DNA of 64,000 nucleotides. Origin: Mogibacterium sp. GTDB lineage: Bacteria; Bacillota; Clostridia; Peptostreptococcales; Anaerovoracaceae. The stretch lies in the NCBI GenBank assembly GCA_017510505.1, contig JAFWNE010000023.1:21213-85212 (forward strand), given 5' to 3'. The position numbers and the translations under genes were made by a program. Positions 54,508-64,000 of the stretch are shown here, piece after piece. Numbering within the stretch: the first letter of the stretch is position 1; each line of letters begins with the position of its first letter. Under the pieces are notes generated by a model. It was not told the DNA's origin and did no database searches. It saw only the letters and a program-made list of their open reading frames with translations.

Positions 54508-55728
54508 CTATACAAACAGTGACATTATTTGGTTGCTTATATCTATGCCCTGCTCTGTGAGCTTAAGGCCTTTGTCATCTATTATGAGAAGACCGCGCCT
54601 TACATAGTCTTCCGCCTCCTCCTTCGCTTCCGCGAATATGCGCCAGAACGCGGCCTTAGGATCCTCATGCATCAGTCCTTCGGCGCATCTCAAATAGGCG
54701 TCTATCGCTTCCTCGTAGCTGATGCCTTCCGCGCGCCTCAGTCCCGTGAATACCGCCTCGCTTATGTTGTCGAAGCTGCTGTTCAGATGGTCTTCTTCGA
54801 GAGGTATTTCGATGCGGCCGCCTTCTTCAGGCAGCTTCGCGAAAGCCTCTATGTATGCCTCTATATCCGATATGTTCTTATACCTGCGTCCATCCATGAA
54901 ACCGCTCGCCCCAAGGCCGACGCCTATGTAGTCGGACATGTCCCAGTAAAGGCTGTTATGGCGCGATCTGAATCCCGGCTTAGCGAAATTGCTTATCTCA
55001 TAATGCTCATAGCCGGCTTCCCTCAGCACCCTGCAGATCTCATGGTATGTCCGTCTGTCTTCTTCATCCGGCACCTCAGTCAGCTCACCTGCCTCCGCCA
55101 TGTCACCGAAAGGCGTCCCCTCTTCTATCTGCAGGCTGTAGCAGGATATATGTTCAGGATCCAGCCCGAGTATCCTTTCAAGATCGCTCAGGGCATCCTC
55201 AGTAGTCTCTCCCGGTATAGAAAACATGAGATCGAGATTGACATTGTCAAAGCCTTTTCGCCTTATGAGCTCCATGTCCCTGACAACGTTCTCAGCGGTG
55301 TGTATGCGGCCCATGTAATGCAGCCTGTCGTTGTCCATCGCCTGGACGCCCATGGACAGCCTGTTGAAACCCATGAACCTGTATGCCTGCAGCTTGGCAA
55401 GCATGACTCCGTCCTTGCGCCCCAGAGTCGCCGGATTGGCCTCGATGGTTATCTCAGCACCTTCCTTTACCCTGAACGACTTGCCGACAGCGTGCATTAT
55501 GTCGCGCATCTGCGAAATGTCCAGCACTGACGGAGTTCCGCCTCCGACATATACGCTGTCGATCTCCGGTTGGCCCAGCTGCTCTCCCCTGTATGTGATC
55601 TCGTTCACAAGAGCGTCGGTGTATTCCTTCCGCGGCGAAGTCTCTGCGTCGAAAGACAGGAAAGCGCAGTAATTGCACTTCCTGACACAGAAAGGTATGT
55701 GAATATAAAGTCCTGTCTTTTTTATCAT
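54508..55728 (-). CDS. hemW: Radical SAM heme chaperone HemW (HemN-like, coproporphyrinogen oxidase-like)
   Basis: 406 aa. It contains [17 protein letters not shown] and YVGGGTPS. Its position after lepA is conserved. Confidence 0.88.
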   Translation of the reverse strand: MIKKTGLYIHIPFCVRKCNYCAFLSFDAETSPRKEYTDALVNEITYRGEQLGQPEIDSVYVGGGTPSVLDISQMRDIMHAVGKSFRVKEGAEITIEANPATLGRKDGVMLAKLQAYRFMGFNRLSMGVQAMDNDRLHYMGRIHTAENVVRDMELIRRKGFDNVNLDLMFSIPGETTEDALSDLERILGLDPEHISCYSLQIEEGTPFGDMAEAGELTEVPDEEDRRTYHEICRVLREAGYEHYEISNFAKPGFRSRHNSLYWDMSDYIGVGLGASGFMDGRRYKNISDIEAYIEAFAKLPEEGGRIEIPLEEDHLNSSFDNISEAVFTGLRRAEGISYEEAIDAYLRCAEGLMHEDPKAAFWRIFAEAKEEAEDYVRRGLLIIDDKGLKLTEQGIDISNQIMSLFV

Positions 55729-55739
55729 TATCAGTCGAT

Positions 55740-55759
55740 ATGTAAAGTATCCTTTACAT
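55740..55759. repeat. Palindromic motif, copy f: ATGTAAAG-TATC-CTTTACAT
   Basis: It lies 12 nt upstream of the hemW ATG. Confidence 0.9.
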
Positions 55760-55774
55760 TATTGTGTCGTTAGT

Positions 55775-55794
55775 ATGTAAAGTAATCTTTACAT
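55775..55794. repeat. Palindromic motif, copy g: ATGTAAAG-TAAT-CTTTACAT
   Basis: It is the second unit of the tandem array, offset 35 nt from copy f. Confidence 0.9.
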
Positions 55795-55806
55795 ATCTGC
55801 ATCAAA

Positions 55807-55826
55807 ACGTAAAGTGTTCTTTACAT
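55807..55826. repeat. Palindromic motif, copy h: ACGTAAAG-TGTT-CTTTACAT
   Basis: It is the third unit, offset 32 nt from copy g. It has one mismatch in the left arm and ends 10 nt from the lepA stop. Confidence 0.85.
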
Positions 55827-55835
55827 ATTTAGTCT

Positions 55836-57644
55836 CTACTTTCCGTCATCAAGCTTGAGGACTTCTGTAAACGCCTCCTGCGGCACCGTTACCTGGCCGA
55901 ACTGGCGCATCCTCTTCTTGCCTGCTTTCTGCTTTTCCAGAAGTTTCTTCTTTCTCGAGACGTCGCCTCCATAGCACTTGGCCAGAACGTCCTTGCGGTA
56001 CGCCCTTACCGTCTCGCGGGCGATTATCTTCTGCCCTATTGCAGCCTGGATCGGCACCTCGAACTGATGCCTTGGGATTATATCCTTAAGCTTCTCGCAG
56101 ATGCCTCTGCCCTTGGCCATGGCTTCCTCTTCAGGCACGATGGTAGACAGCGCGTCTATCTGCTCACGGTTAAGCAGTATGTCGAGCTTGACCAGCTTGG
56201 CCGGCTGATATCTCAAAAACTCGTAGTCGAGCGAGGCGTAGCCTCTGGTACGTGACTTGAGAGCGTCAAAGAAGTCGTAGATGACCTCGTTGAGCGGCAT
56301 CTCGTAGTGCAGCTGTACCCTGGTCTTGGTCAGATATTCCATGTGGATCATCTTTCCGCGGCGGTTCTGGCACAGCGTCATGATGCTTCCGACGTAATCG
56401 TTCGGAGTCATGATATCCGCCTTTACTATAGGCTCCTCTATGCGGGATATGAGTATAGGGTCAGGCAGGTTCGACGGATTCTGTATGTCGAGAACACTTC
56501 CGTCCTTCATCACTACCTTGTAGACTACCGAAGGCAGCGTCGTGATTATATCCAGATCAAACTCTCTTGCAAGCCTTTCCGTGATGACATCCATGTGCAG
56601 GAGTCCCAGGAAACCGCATCTGAAGCCGTATCCCAGGGCTGCTGAGTTCTCAGGCTCGAAATTGAATGCCGCGTCGTTTACCTGCAGCTTCTCAAGAGCG
56701 TCCTTGACGTTCTCGTACTTCTCGCCCTCGGCCGGGAATATCCCGCAGTACACCATGGACTGGGCTTTTTTATAGCCCTTGAGCGGCTCTTCCGCCGGAT
56801 CCGATGCCAGAGTTATGGTATCACCTACGCGGGCATCAGCCACCTGCTTGATGCTTCCGCAGATATAGCCTACCTCACCTGCCTTCAGCTCATCCGAAGG
56901 CACGGTGCCCGGTATGCAGTAGCCTACCTCTGTGACTTCGTAGTTCTTGCCGGTGTTCATCATGCGTATAACGTCGCCCTTCCTGACCCTTCCGTCAAAG
57001 ATGCGGGTATAGATGATGACGCCCTTGTAGCTGTCATAGTACGAATCGAATATGAGAGCTTTCAGCTTGCCGTCCGGGTCGCCCTTAGGAGGTGGTATCA
57101 CCTCGACGAGCTTCTCCAGCATCTCATCGATGCCCATGCCGGTCTTGGCGGAGATCTCCGGCGCCTCAGAAGCGTCAAGGCCTATGATGTCCTCTATCTC
57201 TGCCCTCGCGTCTGCCGGACGGGCGGAATCAAGGTCCATCTTGTTAAGCACAGGCATTATCTCGAGGTCTTCATCGAGAGCCAGATATACGTTGCCAAGC
57301 GTCTGCGCCTCTACGCCCTGCGTTGCGTCAACGACAAGCACAGCCCCGTCGCACGCGGCAAGCGAGCGCGAGACCTCATAGTTGAAGTCCACATGTCCCG
57401 GTGTATCTATGAGGTTCAGGATATACTCCTGCCCGTCCTTCGCCTGATACTTAAGACGTGTTGTCTGCAGCTTGATGGTAATTCCGCGCTCACGCTCTAT
57501 GTCCATGTTGTCGAGGTACTGCTCCTTCATGTCGCGGGCCTCGACAAGGCCGGTCTTCTCTATCAGACGGTCGGCAAGCGTCGACTTGCCGTGGTCTATG
57601 TGGGCTATTATGCTGAAATTTCTTATGTTATCCAGATAACTCAT
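55836..57644 (-). CDS. lepA: Elongation factor 4
   Basis: It contains [18 protein letters not shown] and DTPGHVDF and has a LepA-specific C-terminal domain. I prefer the ATG at 57644 ([10 protein letters not shown]) over the TTG at 57674. Confidence 0.95.
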   Translation of the reverse strand: MSYLDNIRNFSIIAHIDHGKSTLADRLIEKTGLVEARDMKEQYLDNMDIERERGITIKLQTTRLKYQAKDGQEYILNLIDTPGHVDFNYEVSRSLAACDGAVLVVDATQGVEAQTLGNVYLALDEDLEIMPVLNKMDLDSARPADARAEIEDIIGLDASEAPEISAKTGMGIDEMLEKLVEVIPPPKGDPDGKLKALIFDSYYDSYKGVIIYTRIFDGRVRKGDVIRMMNTGKNYEVTEVGYCIPGTVPSDELKAGEVGYICGSIKQVADARVGDTITLASDPAEEPLKGYKKAQSMVYCGIFPAEGEKYENVKDALEKLQVNDAAFNFEPENSAALGYGFRCGFLGLLHMDVITERLAREFDLDIITTLPSVVYKVVMKDGSVLDIQNPSNLPDPILISRIEEPIVKADIMTPNDYVGSIMTLCQNRRGKMIHMEYLTKTRVQLHYEMPLNEVIYDFFDALKSRTRGYASLDYEFLRYQPAKLVKLDILLNREQIDALSTIVPEEEAMAKGRGICEKLKDIIPRHQFEVPIQAAIGQKIIARETVRAYRKDVLAKCYGGDVSRKKKLLEKQKAGKKRMRQFGQVTVPQEAFTEVLKLDDGK

Positions 57645-57742
57645 TTGCGTCTCTTTTCTTTGAACTCTAACCAATTAATTATAAAGGAAAAACGCCTTGC
57701 TTGTCAGTAATCGTTTTTGTTTATGACCTTTTTCTTCGCAAA

Positions 57743-57770
57743 GAAAAACAGCCGGGAGACACTCCGGCTG
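57743..57770 (-). terminator. Intrinsic terminator after rpsT
   Basis: The minus strand reads cagccgg-agtgtctc-ccggctg followed by tttttc. Confidence 0.7.
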
Positions 57771-57811
57771 GATGCGCATTTAACTTATACGCTGTGTGGG
57801 GACGGGTGAGA

Positions 57812-58081
57812 CTACTTTGCGCTAAGCGCGTTCAGTTTGCTCGCGAATCTGGAAATCTTTCTTGCGACAGTGTTCTTGTGGAATGTGCCCTTTGCAGCTG
57901 CCTGCATGAGCTTCTTCTCAACATGCTCGAAAGCCTTCTTGGCTTCTTCCGCATTACCGGATTCGATCGCAGCGAGGAATGCCTTCTCAGCTTCCTTGAT
58001 GTGATTCTTTACTCTGATATTGCGTGCTGTCTTCTTGTCGATAACCTTGATTCTTTTCTTTGCGGATTTAATGTTTGCCAT
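57812..58081 (-). CDS. rpsT: 30S ribosomal protein S20
   Basis: 89 aa. It begins MANIKSAKKRIKV and contains ARN...K. It is basic and helical. Confidence 0.93.
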   Translation of the reverse strand: MANIKSAKKRIKVIDKKTARNIRVKNHIKEAEKAFLAAIESGNAEEAKKAFEHVEKKLMQAAAKGTFHKNTVARKISRFASKLNALSAK

Positions 58082-58164
58082 TATTTTACCCCACTTTCAA
58101 TTATTAATGCATTAATTCGCAACGGGTATTATATGAAATGCCGGCAATAAAAGCAAGAGAAAAA

Positions 58165-58920
58165 TCAGAATATTTCAATGGATACCGGGCAGTGGTCACT
58201 TCCGTAAATATCCGTGAGTATTTCCGCCTCTTTGAGGCAGTCTCTGAGACGGTCTGAGATGATGAAATAGTCTATACGCCACCCTGCATTTCTCTCTCTG
58301 GCCTTCATTCGGTATGACCACCAGGAGTATGTGACAGTTTCAGGATACATGTAGCGGAAGCTGTCCGTGAAGCCTGCTCCAAGCAGGTCGGTCATCTTGC
58401 CTCTCTCCTCATCGGAGAAGCCCGCGTTTCCTCTGTTTGGACCCGGGTTCTTCAGGTCGATCTCATTGTGAGCCACATTCAGATCACCGCAGTAGATCAC
58501 CGGTTTTGTTTTGTCGAGCTCACGCATGTACTCTCTCATCGCGTCCTCGAATTCGCATCTGTAGCCTATGCGGGCAAGGCCGTCCTGAGCGTTAGGTACA
58601 TAACAGCAGATCAGATAGAACTCAGGGTACTCAAGAGTGATCACCCTGCCCTCATCGTCATGCTCGCCGTTGATGCCGTACGCGACAGAGAGCGGCTCGC
58701 CTGCAGACTTCTTCGCGAATATTGCGGTGCCTGAGTAGCCTTTTTTCTCCGCGTAGTTGTAGAACTCATAGTAGCCTTCCGGGTGGAAGTCCGCCTGACC
58801 CTCCTGCATCTTGGTCTCCTGCAGGCAGAAGAAGTCCGCGTCAAGACCGGCGAATATATCTTCAAATCCTTTTTTGAGCACGGCCCTGAAGCCGTTGACG
58901 TTCCAGCTTACGAATCTCAT
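58165..58920 (-). CDS. xth: Exodeoxyribonuclease III (AP endonuclease)
   Basis: 251 aa. It contains SWNVNGFRA, LQETK, GDLNVAH and SDHCPV. Confidence 0.92.
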   Translation of the reverse strand: MRFVSWNVNGFRAVLKKGFEDIFAGLDADFFCLQETKMQEGQADFHPEGYYEFYNYAEKKGYSGTAIFAKKSAGEPLSVAYGINGEHDDEGRVITLEYPEFYLICCYVPNAQDGLARIGYRCEFEDAMREYMRELDKTKPVIYCGDLNVAHNEIDLKNPGPNRGNAGFSDEERGKMTDLLGAGFTDSFRYMYPETVTYSWWSYRMKARERNAGWRIDYFIISDRLRDCLKEAEILTDIYGSDHCPVSIEIF

Positions 58921-58929
58921 GTTTACCTC

Positions 58930-60051
58930 TTATTCTATGGTGAATGCCTTGGTCGTCCAGTCTTTATACTTTCCGATGCCGTGCACTATCACGTACCCGG
59001 TGCCGCTCACGGTATTGCGGACATAAGATAATATGTAATCCTTTCCCAGATGCAGCTTTTTATCTCCGTTCATCACTACGACTTTAGGCTTTGCCCTGTT
59101 GTTTTTCAGCTTGCAGCTTCCGGAGTCCATCAGTATCTCGCATTCGCCTATCGACGTCTGATCCTTTTTGCCCGCGGCTTTTGTCTCATAGACTTTTCCC
59201 GGCTCGATGTACCAGACATCATGGTCTACAGGATCCTTGATGCCGTCTATGGCCGTTTCCTCAGAGCACTGCCAGAACAGATAGTCGCCCTTTACAGTGC
59301 ATTCTCCACCGTACTGCGCAGCCCAGATGGTAACATCGTCATCCAGTATGGATGCATCCATGTAATTCGTGAGCATGTCATAGTTGGCATAGACCGCGGA
59401 TTCGTAGCCGGCCTCCTCGACTCTCCTGCAGAATGCGATCACTATGTCATGATAGAGCGATGCAGCAGGGAGATCCCCGGCCTCGATGGCTTTCTCAAGC
59501 CTGCCTCCGTGGTATATCTCGTAGTCTATGACCAGCGGCATGTCTATATCGTATTTCTTCACGAGATCGATCAGGTAGTCGGCTTCTTCGATCGCTTCAG
59601 TCTCGTTCACTGCCTGCGAGAAGAAGTACGCGCCGGTCATGATGCCTGCGCGGTTCGCCTTCCTGATGTTTTTTTTGAACTCCTCATCCTCTTTGAGTTC
59701 GCCTGTCTCAGCCTTGCGGTAGCCCGCGCGTATGAACACGAAATCCGCCTCGCTCGATTTGACTCTCTTCCAGTTGATATCGTCCTGGAACTGCGACACG
59801 TCTATGCCGTGCACCACGACGCTGTTCTGGAAACGTATGGCATGAGTAAGTCCATCTTCTGAAAGATGAGTATGCGAAAAACTGCCGAGATAGACAGCCA
59901 GTCTTATCACGCCCGTGATCACGAGGCAGGCCGCGAGGATGATGCCTGCCAGTTTCAGCTTGCTGATGCGCTTTGCCGGTTTCTTCTTTTCTTCAGTTGT
60001 TTGGGTCTGTTTTTCTTCTGTCAGGACCTGTTTTTCTTCTGTGTCAGCCAA
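58930..60051 (-). CDS. Membrane-anchored GH25 muramidase (lysozyme) with an Ig-like C-terminal domain
   Basis: 373 aa. It has an N-terminal Lys/Glu-rich tail followed by a TM helix, and the GH25 core (GIDVSQFQDDINW...DFVFIRAGYR...GAYFF...PLVIDYE). Confidence 0.8.
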   Translation of the reverse strand: MADTEEKQVLTEEKQTQTTEEKKKPAKRISKLKLAGIILAACLVITGVIRLAVYLGSFSHTHLSEDGLTHAIRFQNSVVVHGIDVSQFQDDINWKRVKSSEADFVFIRAGYRKAETGELKEDEEFKKNIRKANRAGIMTGAYFFSQAVNETEAIEEADYLIDLVKKYDIDMPLVIDYEIYHGGRLEKAIEAGDLPAASLYHDIVIAFCRRVEEAGYESAVYANYDMLTNYMDASILDDDVTIWAAQYGGECTVKGDYLFWQCSEETAIDGIKDPVDHDVWYIEPGKVYETKAAGKKDQTSIGECEILMDSGSCKLKNNRAKPKVVVMNGDKKLHLGKDYILSYVRNTVSGTGYVIVHGIGKYKDWTTKAFTIE

Positions 60052-60063
60052 AACCGTGTTCTC

Positions 60064-61098
60064 CTACTCTTCTATATGCATGTACGGCATGAGTTCGCGT
60101 TCAAACTCCACCCTGTGGTGCAGCGTGTAAATGCCCGGAAGTCCTCCTGTGTGCATGAATATCACGTTTGTGCCCTGCTTTATATCTCCCCTCTTGGCTC
60201 TGTCAACTATCGCCTCGAAAGTCTTGCCCGTGTAACATGGGTCGATTATTATGGCTTCCTTGCGAGCAAGATAGTACATGACCTCTCTGACTTCTTCGAC
60301 GGCGTTGTTGTACGCCCCGTGGATGTAAGATGTGGTTATGTCAAAGTCATCCGGGAAAACATTGAAGTCTCTGCCGTAGAACTCACATATCCTTTTATAG
60401 TAATCACTCAGCGCCTCACGCAGAGCTGCTTCGTTGCCCTTCTCATCAGCAGCGTTCTCAGAGTACGGAAGCACGTTAACTCCCTTTACGCGTAGAGACG
60501 ATCCGCATTCCTTCAAGCCTATCAGAAGACCCATGTACGTTGACATGCTGCCGACCGTTACGTAGATCTCGGCATCATCTATGCCCATCTCCTTTGCCTG
60601 GGCATCAAGCTCGGAAGCGCACTCGGCATAACCGAGGATTCCAAGCTCGTTGGATCCTCCCATAGGCACATAATATACCTTCTCTCCCTTGGCGGTGTAT
60701 TCGTCTATGACCGCCTGCCTGCCGGTCTCCATGTCCTTTACGAAGTGTACGTTGCAGCCGAGCATGCCGTCCAGCAGCAGATTAGCGCTTATCTCGCCCG
60801 GATAAGGATCCGAGGTCACTATGGCGCTCTTCATACCGTATTTTGCCGCCACAGCCGCTGTCAGCCTGCCGTGGTTGGTCTGAGCACCGCCCTCGGTGAT
60901 GAGCATCGTAGCTCCCTTGTCCTGAGCGTCCTTCAGGAAGTATTCAAGTTTGCGCAGCTTGTTGCCTCCCGTCGCCAGATTCGTCAGGTCATCTCTTTTG
61001 CAGTACACGTTTATGCCGAGATCTTCCGACACGTTCTTAAGATGCTCAAGCGGTGTCGGCAGATGCAGTATCTCTGTCTTTTCATGTCCGAACAGCAT
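60064..61098 (-). CDS. PLP-dependent ACC deaminase / D-cysteine desulfhydrase family protein
   Basis: It contains PTPLEHL, KRDDLT..ATGGNKLRKLEY, GGAQTNH and HTGG. The start is at 61098 (aagggggaaccATG). Confidence 0.8.
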   Translation of the reverse strand: MLFGHEKTEILHLPTPLEHLKNVSEDLGINVYCKRDDLTNLATGGNKLRKLEYFLKDAQDKGATMLITEGGAQTNHGRLTAAVAAKYGMKSAIVTSDPYPGEISANLLLDGMLGCNVHFVKDMETGRQAVIDEYTAKGEKVYYVPMGGSNELGILGYAECASELDAQAKEMGIDDAEIYVTVGSMSTYMGLLIGLKECGSSLRVKGVNVLPYSENAADEKGNEAALREALSDYYKRICEFYGRDFNVFPDDFDITTSYIHGAYNNAVEEVREVMYYLARKEAIIIDPCYTGKTFEAIVDRAKRGDIKQGTNVIFMHTGGLPGIYTLHHRVEFERELMPYMHIEE

Positions 61099-61272
61099 GG
61101 TTCCCCCTTTTTGATCAGTCAGAAATATTAGATACCTCATTGTAGCATAACGGACTGCGGCGGTCGAAATAAAAACACTCACATACAAAGGTATGTGCTA
61201 AAATAGAGACAATAGAAGGAATACCTTCGGCACTGAAAGTGTAAAAGATAAATCAGATAAAGGAGATTCGCC

Positions 61273-62466
61273 ATGGTAAATGAGAAGTATTACGGCTACG
61301 GCACCGCGCCTAGCATCATCCGAGAGCTCTTCGCCTACGGACTGGAGCAGGCCAAAAAACTCGGTAGAGACAAAGTCTATGATTATTCACTGGGCAATCC
61401 GAGCATACCTGCTCCTAAAAAAGTAAACGAGACTATCAAGAAGCTCGTTGATGAAGAAAGTTCCATCCTGCTGCACGGCTACTCGATGGCTCCGGGATTT
61501 GAGAGCACAAGAGAGGCTATCGCAGCAAATCTCAGAAAAAGATTCAATACCAACGCGCAGGCAAACGAACTCTTTATGACCTGCGGATGCGCTCCGGCTC
61601 TTGTAGCTGTTGCGTGCGCTCTCACCACCAAGCCTGATGACAATTTCGTCGTCATCGCTCCATACTTCCCTGAATACAACGTTTTCTTCAAAGCCGGCGG
61701 CGGCAAAGTCAGAAGAGTCGATCCTGACATTCCTGATTTCCAGATCAACCTGGAAGCTCTCGAGGAGACCATAAATCACGACACCGTTGCTCTGGTCATC
61801 AACTCCCCTAACAACCCATCCGGAGTAGTCTATACCAGAGAGACCCTCGAGAAGATAGCTGCTGTGCTCAGAAAGAAAGCTCTGAAATACGATCATCCTA
61901 TTTATATCATCGCTGATGAACCATACAGAGAACTCGTTTACGGCGACGCTGTCGTGACATTCATCCCTGAAGTATACGAAGACACCATAGTCTGCTATTC
62001 ATGGTCAAAGAGCCTGTCACTTCCGGGCGAGCGTATCGGATATGTATATGTTCCGGCAACATGCCACGATCAGAAAGGAGTGCTCAGCGCAGTCGCAGGA
62101 GCAGCCAGAGAGATCGGTTCCGTCTGCCCTCCTACTCTCATCCAGAGAGTCGTGGAAGAGTGCGTAGACTGCGAGCCTGACCTTGTTGCATACGATGAGA
62201 ACAGAAACGACCTCTACAACGGTCTGACTGCCATGGGTTATGAATGCGCAAAGCCTGACGGAGCCTTCTATCTCTTCATGAAAGCTCCTAACGGAGACGA
62301 CCTTGCATTCAGCGATGCGGCAAAGCTTGAGGAGAACATCCTCATCGTACCGGGAACCGGATTCGGATGCCCGGGATACCTCAGACTCGCGTATTGCGTA
62401 TCCAACGAGACCATAAAGAATTCGATGCCTGGATTCAAGAGACTCATCGAGAAATACGGCAAGTAG
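61273..62466 (+). CDS. Class I/II PLP-dependent aminotransferase, paralog 2
   Basis: 397 aa. It contains SLGNPS, NSPNNPSGV and YSWSKSLSLPGERIGY. Confidence 0.85.
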   Translation: MVNEKYYGYGTAPSIIRELFAYGLEQAKKLGRDKVYDYSLGNPSIPAPKKVNETIKKLVDEESSILLHGYSMAPGFESTREAIAANLRKRFNTNAQANELFMTCGCAPALVAVACALTTKPDDNFVVIAPYFPEYNVFFKAGGGKVRRVDPDIPDFQINLEALEETINHDTVALVINSPNNPSGVVYTRETLEKIAAVLRKKALKYDHPIYIIADEPYRELVYGDAVVTFIPEVYEDTIVCYSWSKSLSLPGERIGYVYVPATCHDQKGVLSAVAGAAREIGSVCPPTLIQRVVEECVDCEPDLVAYDENRNDLYNGLTAMGYECAKPDGAFYLFMKAPNGDDLAFSDAAKLEENILIVPGTGFGCPGYLRLAYCVSNETIKNSMPGFKRLIEKYGK

Positions 62467-62488
62467 ACGATACTCCATTATCAGCAAT

Positions 62489-62521
62489 AAAAAAACCGGC
62501 GCGTCTGACGCGCCGGTTTTA
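62489..62521. terminator. Bidirectional intrinsic terminator between the aminotransferase gene and dnaJ
   Basis: aaaaaccggcgcg-tctga-cgcgccggtttt. Confidence 0.85.
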
Positions 62522-62527
62522 TGATGT

Positions 62528-63685
62528 TTAGAATTTGAGTTTTTCGAATCTCTGCTTTTTCGGATAAGCATCGCTTCCCAGCTGCTCTGCCATCTCCTCT
62601 ATAGCCTTCTTTTCCTTGCGGCTGAGCTTGCTTGGAACTTCCACTACGACCTTCACGTACAGGTCGCCCTTGCGGCCCGTCCTGACGTTAGGAACTCCCT
62701 TGCCTCTCAGTCTGAACGATGATCCGGTCTGAGTTCCCGGAGTGATCGTGTAGCTGTAGGTCTCGCCAAATCCCGGCACCTGCACCTTTCCGCCAAGCGC
62801 CGCCACATCGAATGTGATAGGCAGGTCGAGGTAGAGGTCGTCTCCTCTCCTCTTGTAGGTGCTGTGAGGCCTTACGTTGACGACGATATAGAGATCGCCG
62901 TCAGGTCCGCCGTTGATCCCCGGCTCGCCCTGTCCTCTGACTGTCACGATGCTGTCGGTATCGACTCCCGCAGGGATGTCCACCTTGATCTTGACTGTCT
63001 TGCGGTTCATTCCCGAGCCTCCGCAGTCTGTACACGGTGTCTCGATCATCTGCCCTGTGCCTCCGCACTTAGGACATGTAGTGACGTTCTGGAACCTTCC
63101 GAAAGGCGTGTTGCTTACCTGGGATATCTGGCCGCTTCCTCCGCACTGGTCGCAGGTCTTCTTGCCTGTGCCAGGCTTGCATCCGCTTCCGCCGCAGGTC
63201 TTGCACTTGACGTTCTTTGAAAGCTCGATCTGCTTGCTGCACCCGAAGAGCGCATCAGTGAAATCGATGGTGACCGTCTTCTGCAGGTCTCTGCCCTTCT
63301 GCGGACCGCCTCTGCGCCTGCTGCTCCTGCCGCCTCCCATGCCTCCGAACATATCGAATATGTCATCGAAGTTCATGCCGGCTCCGCCGAAGCCGCCGCC
63401 GAAGTTCCCGAAGCCGCCAAAACCGCCGAAGCCGCCCTGGCCCGCTCCGAAATTCGGGTCTACGCCCGCGAATCCGAATCTGTCATATTTATCCTTTTTA
63501 TCGGGATCTGAAAGGACTTCGTAAGCCTCATTGACTTCCTTGAACTTCTCTTCAGCTGTCTTGTCTCCCGGATTCTTGTCCGGATGATACTTCATTGCCA
63601 GCTTATGATAAGCCTTCTTTATCTCCGCTTCCGAAGATCCCTTATTGACCCCAAGGACTTCATAGTAATCCCTTTTATCTGCCAT
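62528..63685 (-). CDS. dnaJ: Molecular chaperone DnaJ
   Basis: 385 aa. It has a J domain (DYYEVLGV...HPDKN), a Gly/Phe-rich linker and four CxxCxGxG zinc-finger repeats. Confidence 0.96.
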   Translation of the reverse strand: MADKRDYYEVLGVNKGSSEAEIKKAYHKLAMKYHPDKNPGDKTAEEKFKEVNEAYEVLSDPDKKDKYDRFGFAGVDPNFGAGQGGFGGFGGFGNFGGGFGGAGMNFDDIFDMFGGMGGGRSSRRRGGPQKGRDLQKTVTIDFTDALFGCSKQIELSKNVKCKTCGGSGCKPGTGKKTCDQCGGSGQISQVSNTPFGRFQNVTTCPKCGGTGQMIETPCTDCGGSGMNRKTVKIKVDIPAGVDTDSIVTVRGQGEPGINGGPDGDLYIVVNVRPHSTYKRRGDDLYLDLPITFDVAALGGKVQVPGFGETYSYTITPGTQTGSSFRLRGKGVPNVRTGRKGDLYVKVVVEVPSKLSRKEKKAIEEMAEQLGSDAYPKKQRFEKLKF

Positions 63686-63703
63686 TATGCCAATCCTTCC
63701 AGA

Positions 63704-64000
63704 TTAGTTTTCGTCGTCTACTACCTCATAATCTGCATCGACTGTTCCGTCATCATGAGGAGCGCTGCCGCCGGCGTTGAAGCCACCCATGTTGTTAGGG
63801 TCGAATCCCTGTCCGCCGGCTGCTCCCTGAGCTGCCTGAGCCTCCTGGTAGATCCTTGTCGAGATCGGATAGAACGCGTTTGTGAGAGCTTCCATCTTGG
63901 TCTTCATGCCCTCGACGTCGTTCGCGTCGATAGCTGCCTGCAGGTCTGCCTTAGCGGACTCTACAGCGGACTTCTCGCTCTCTGTGACCTTGTCTCCAAG
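63704..64000 (-). CDS. dnaK: Molecular chaperone DnaK, C-terminal end only (the gene continues beyond the right edge)
   Basis: The C-terminus reads ...QAAQGAAGGQGFDPNNMGG...VDADYEVVDDEN. The frame stays open upstream to the window edge, and the gene lies directly upstream of dnaJ. Confidence 0.85.
   Translation of the reverse strand, partial: LGDKVTESEKSAVESAKADLQAAIDANDVEGMKTKMEALTNAFYPISTRIYQEAQAAQGAAGGQGFDPNNMGGFNAGGSAPHDDGTVDADYEVVDDEN

Noticed and set aside
5190-55826. Interpreting the palindromes as TnrA/GlnR boxes (TGTNA-N7-TNACA)
   Set aside because: The core TGTAAAG-N4-CTTTACA gives TGTAA-N8-TTACA, which is one base longer than the canonical 17-bp site. Most copies also sit at gene 3' ends rather than in promoters.

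Overview
The window is a chromosomal segment that looks Firmicutes/Clostridia-like. That placement is an inference from gene order (valS-folC, lepA-hemW, dnaK-dnaJ) and content (buk, selenium genes, lgt, YitT-family proteins), not from any search. Most of it is housekeeping. It holds a six-tRNA cluster plus tRNA-Glu and tRNA-Sec. A roughly 13 kb run of minus-strand genes reads Mrp-potABC-folD-(p)ppGpp synthetase-valS-folC-glyA-ATPase-methyltransferase-YitT. Also present are an asd / aspartate kinase / hom block with thrC, nucleoside salvage genes, glpK, ansA, lepA, rpsT, xth and dnaJ/dnaK. Accessory content is limited to five items: an intact IS3-family element sitting inside a terminator hairpin; an orphan beta-class DNA methyltransferase; a solitary nuclease-like gene; two tandem secreted Cys/His peptidase-like paralogs; and a GH25 muramidase. 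Four things deserve a second look. (1) The full selenocysteine machinery is present (selC-selA-selB and selD), and selD itself carries an in-frame UGA followed by a SECIS-like hairpin. The ORF track splits it into two ORFs. (2) A 20-bp palindrome, ATGTAAAG-N4-CTTTACAT, occurs eight times. An identical 20-mer lies in frame inside folC, three copies are arrayed between lepA and hemW, and two copies bracket a terminator. (3) A purine-rich non-coding unit of about 370 nt lies between the larE operon and asd. It is bounded by a near-consensus promoter and an intrinsic terminator, and I could not assign it to any RNA class. (4) A partial Lar-like module (three-Cys LarE plus a stand-alone LarC C-terminal domain) is co-transcribed with nucleoside salvage genes and cysE. 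No CRISPR array, rRNA or prophage was seen. All protein calls rest on recognising motifs in the supplied translations; no database search was run.
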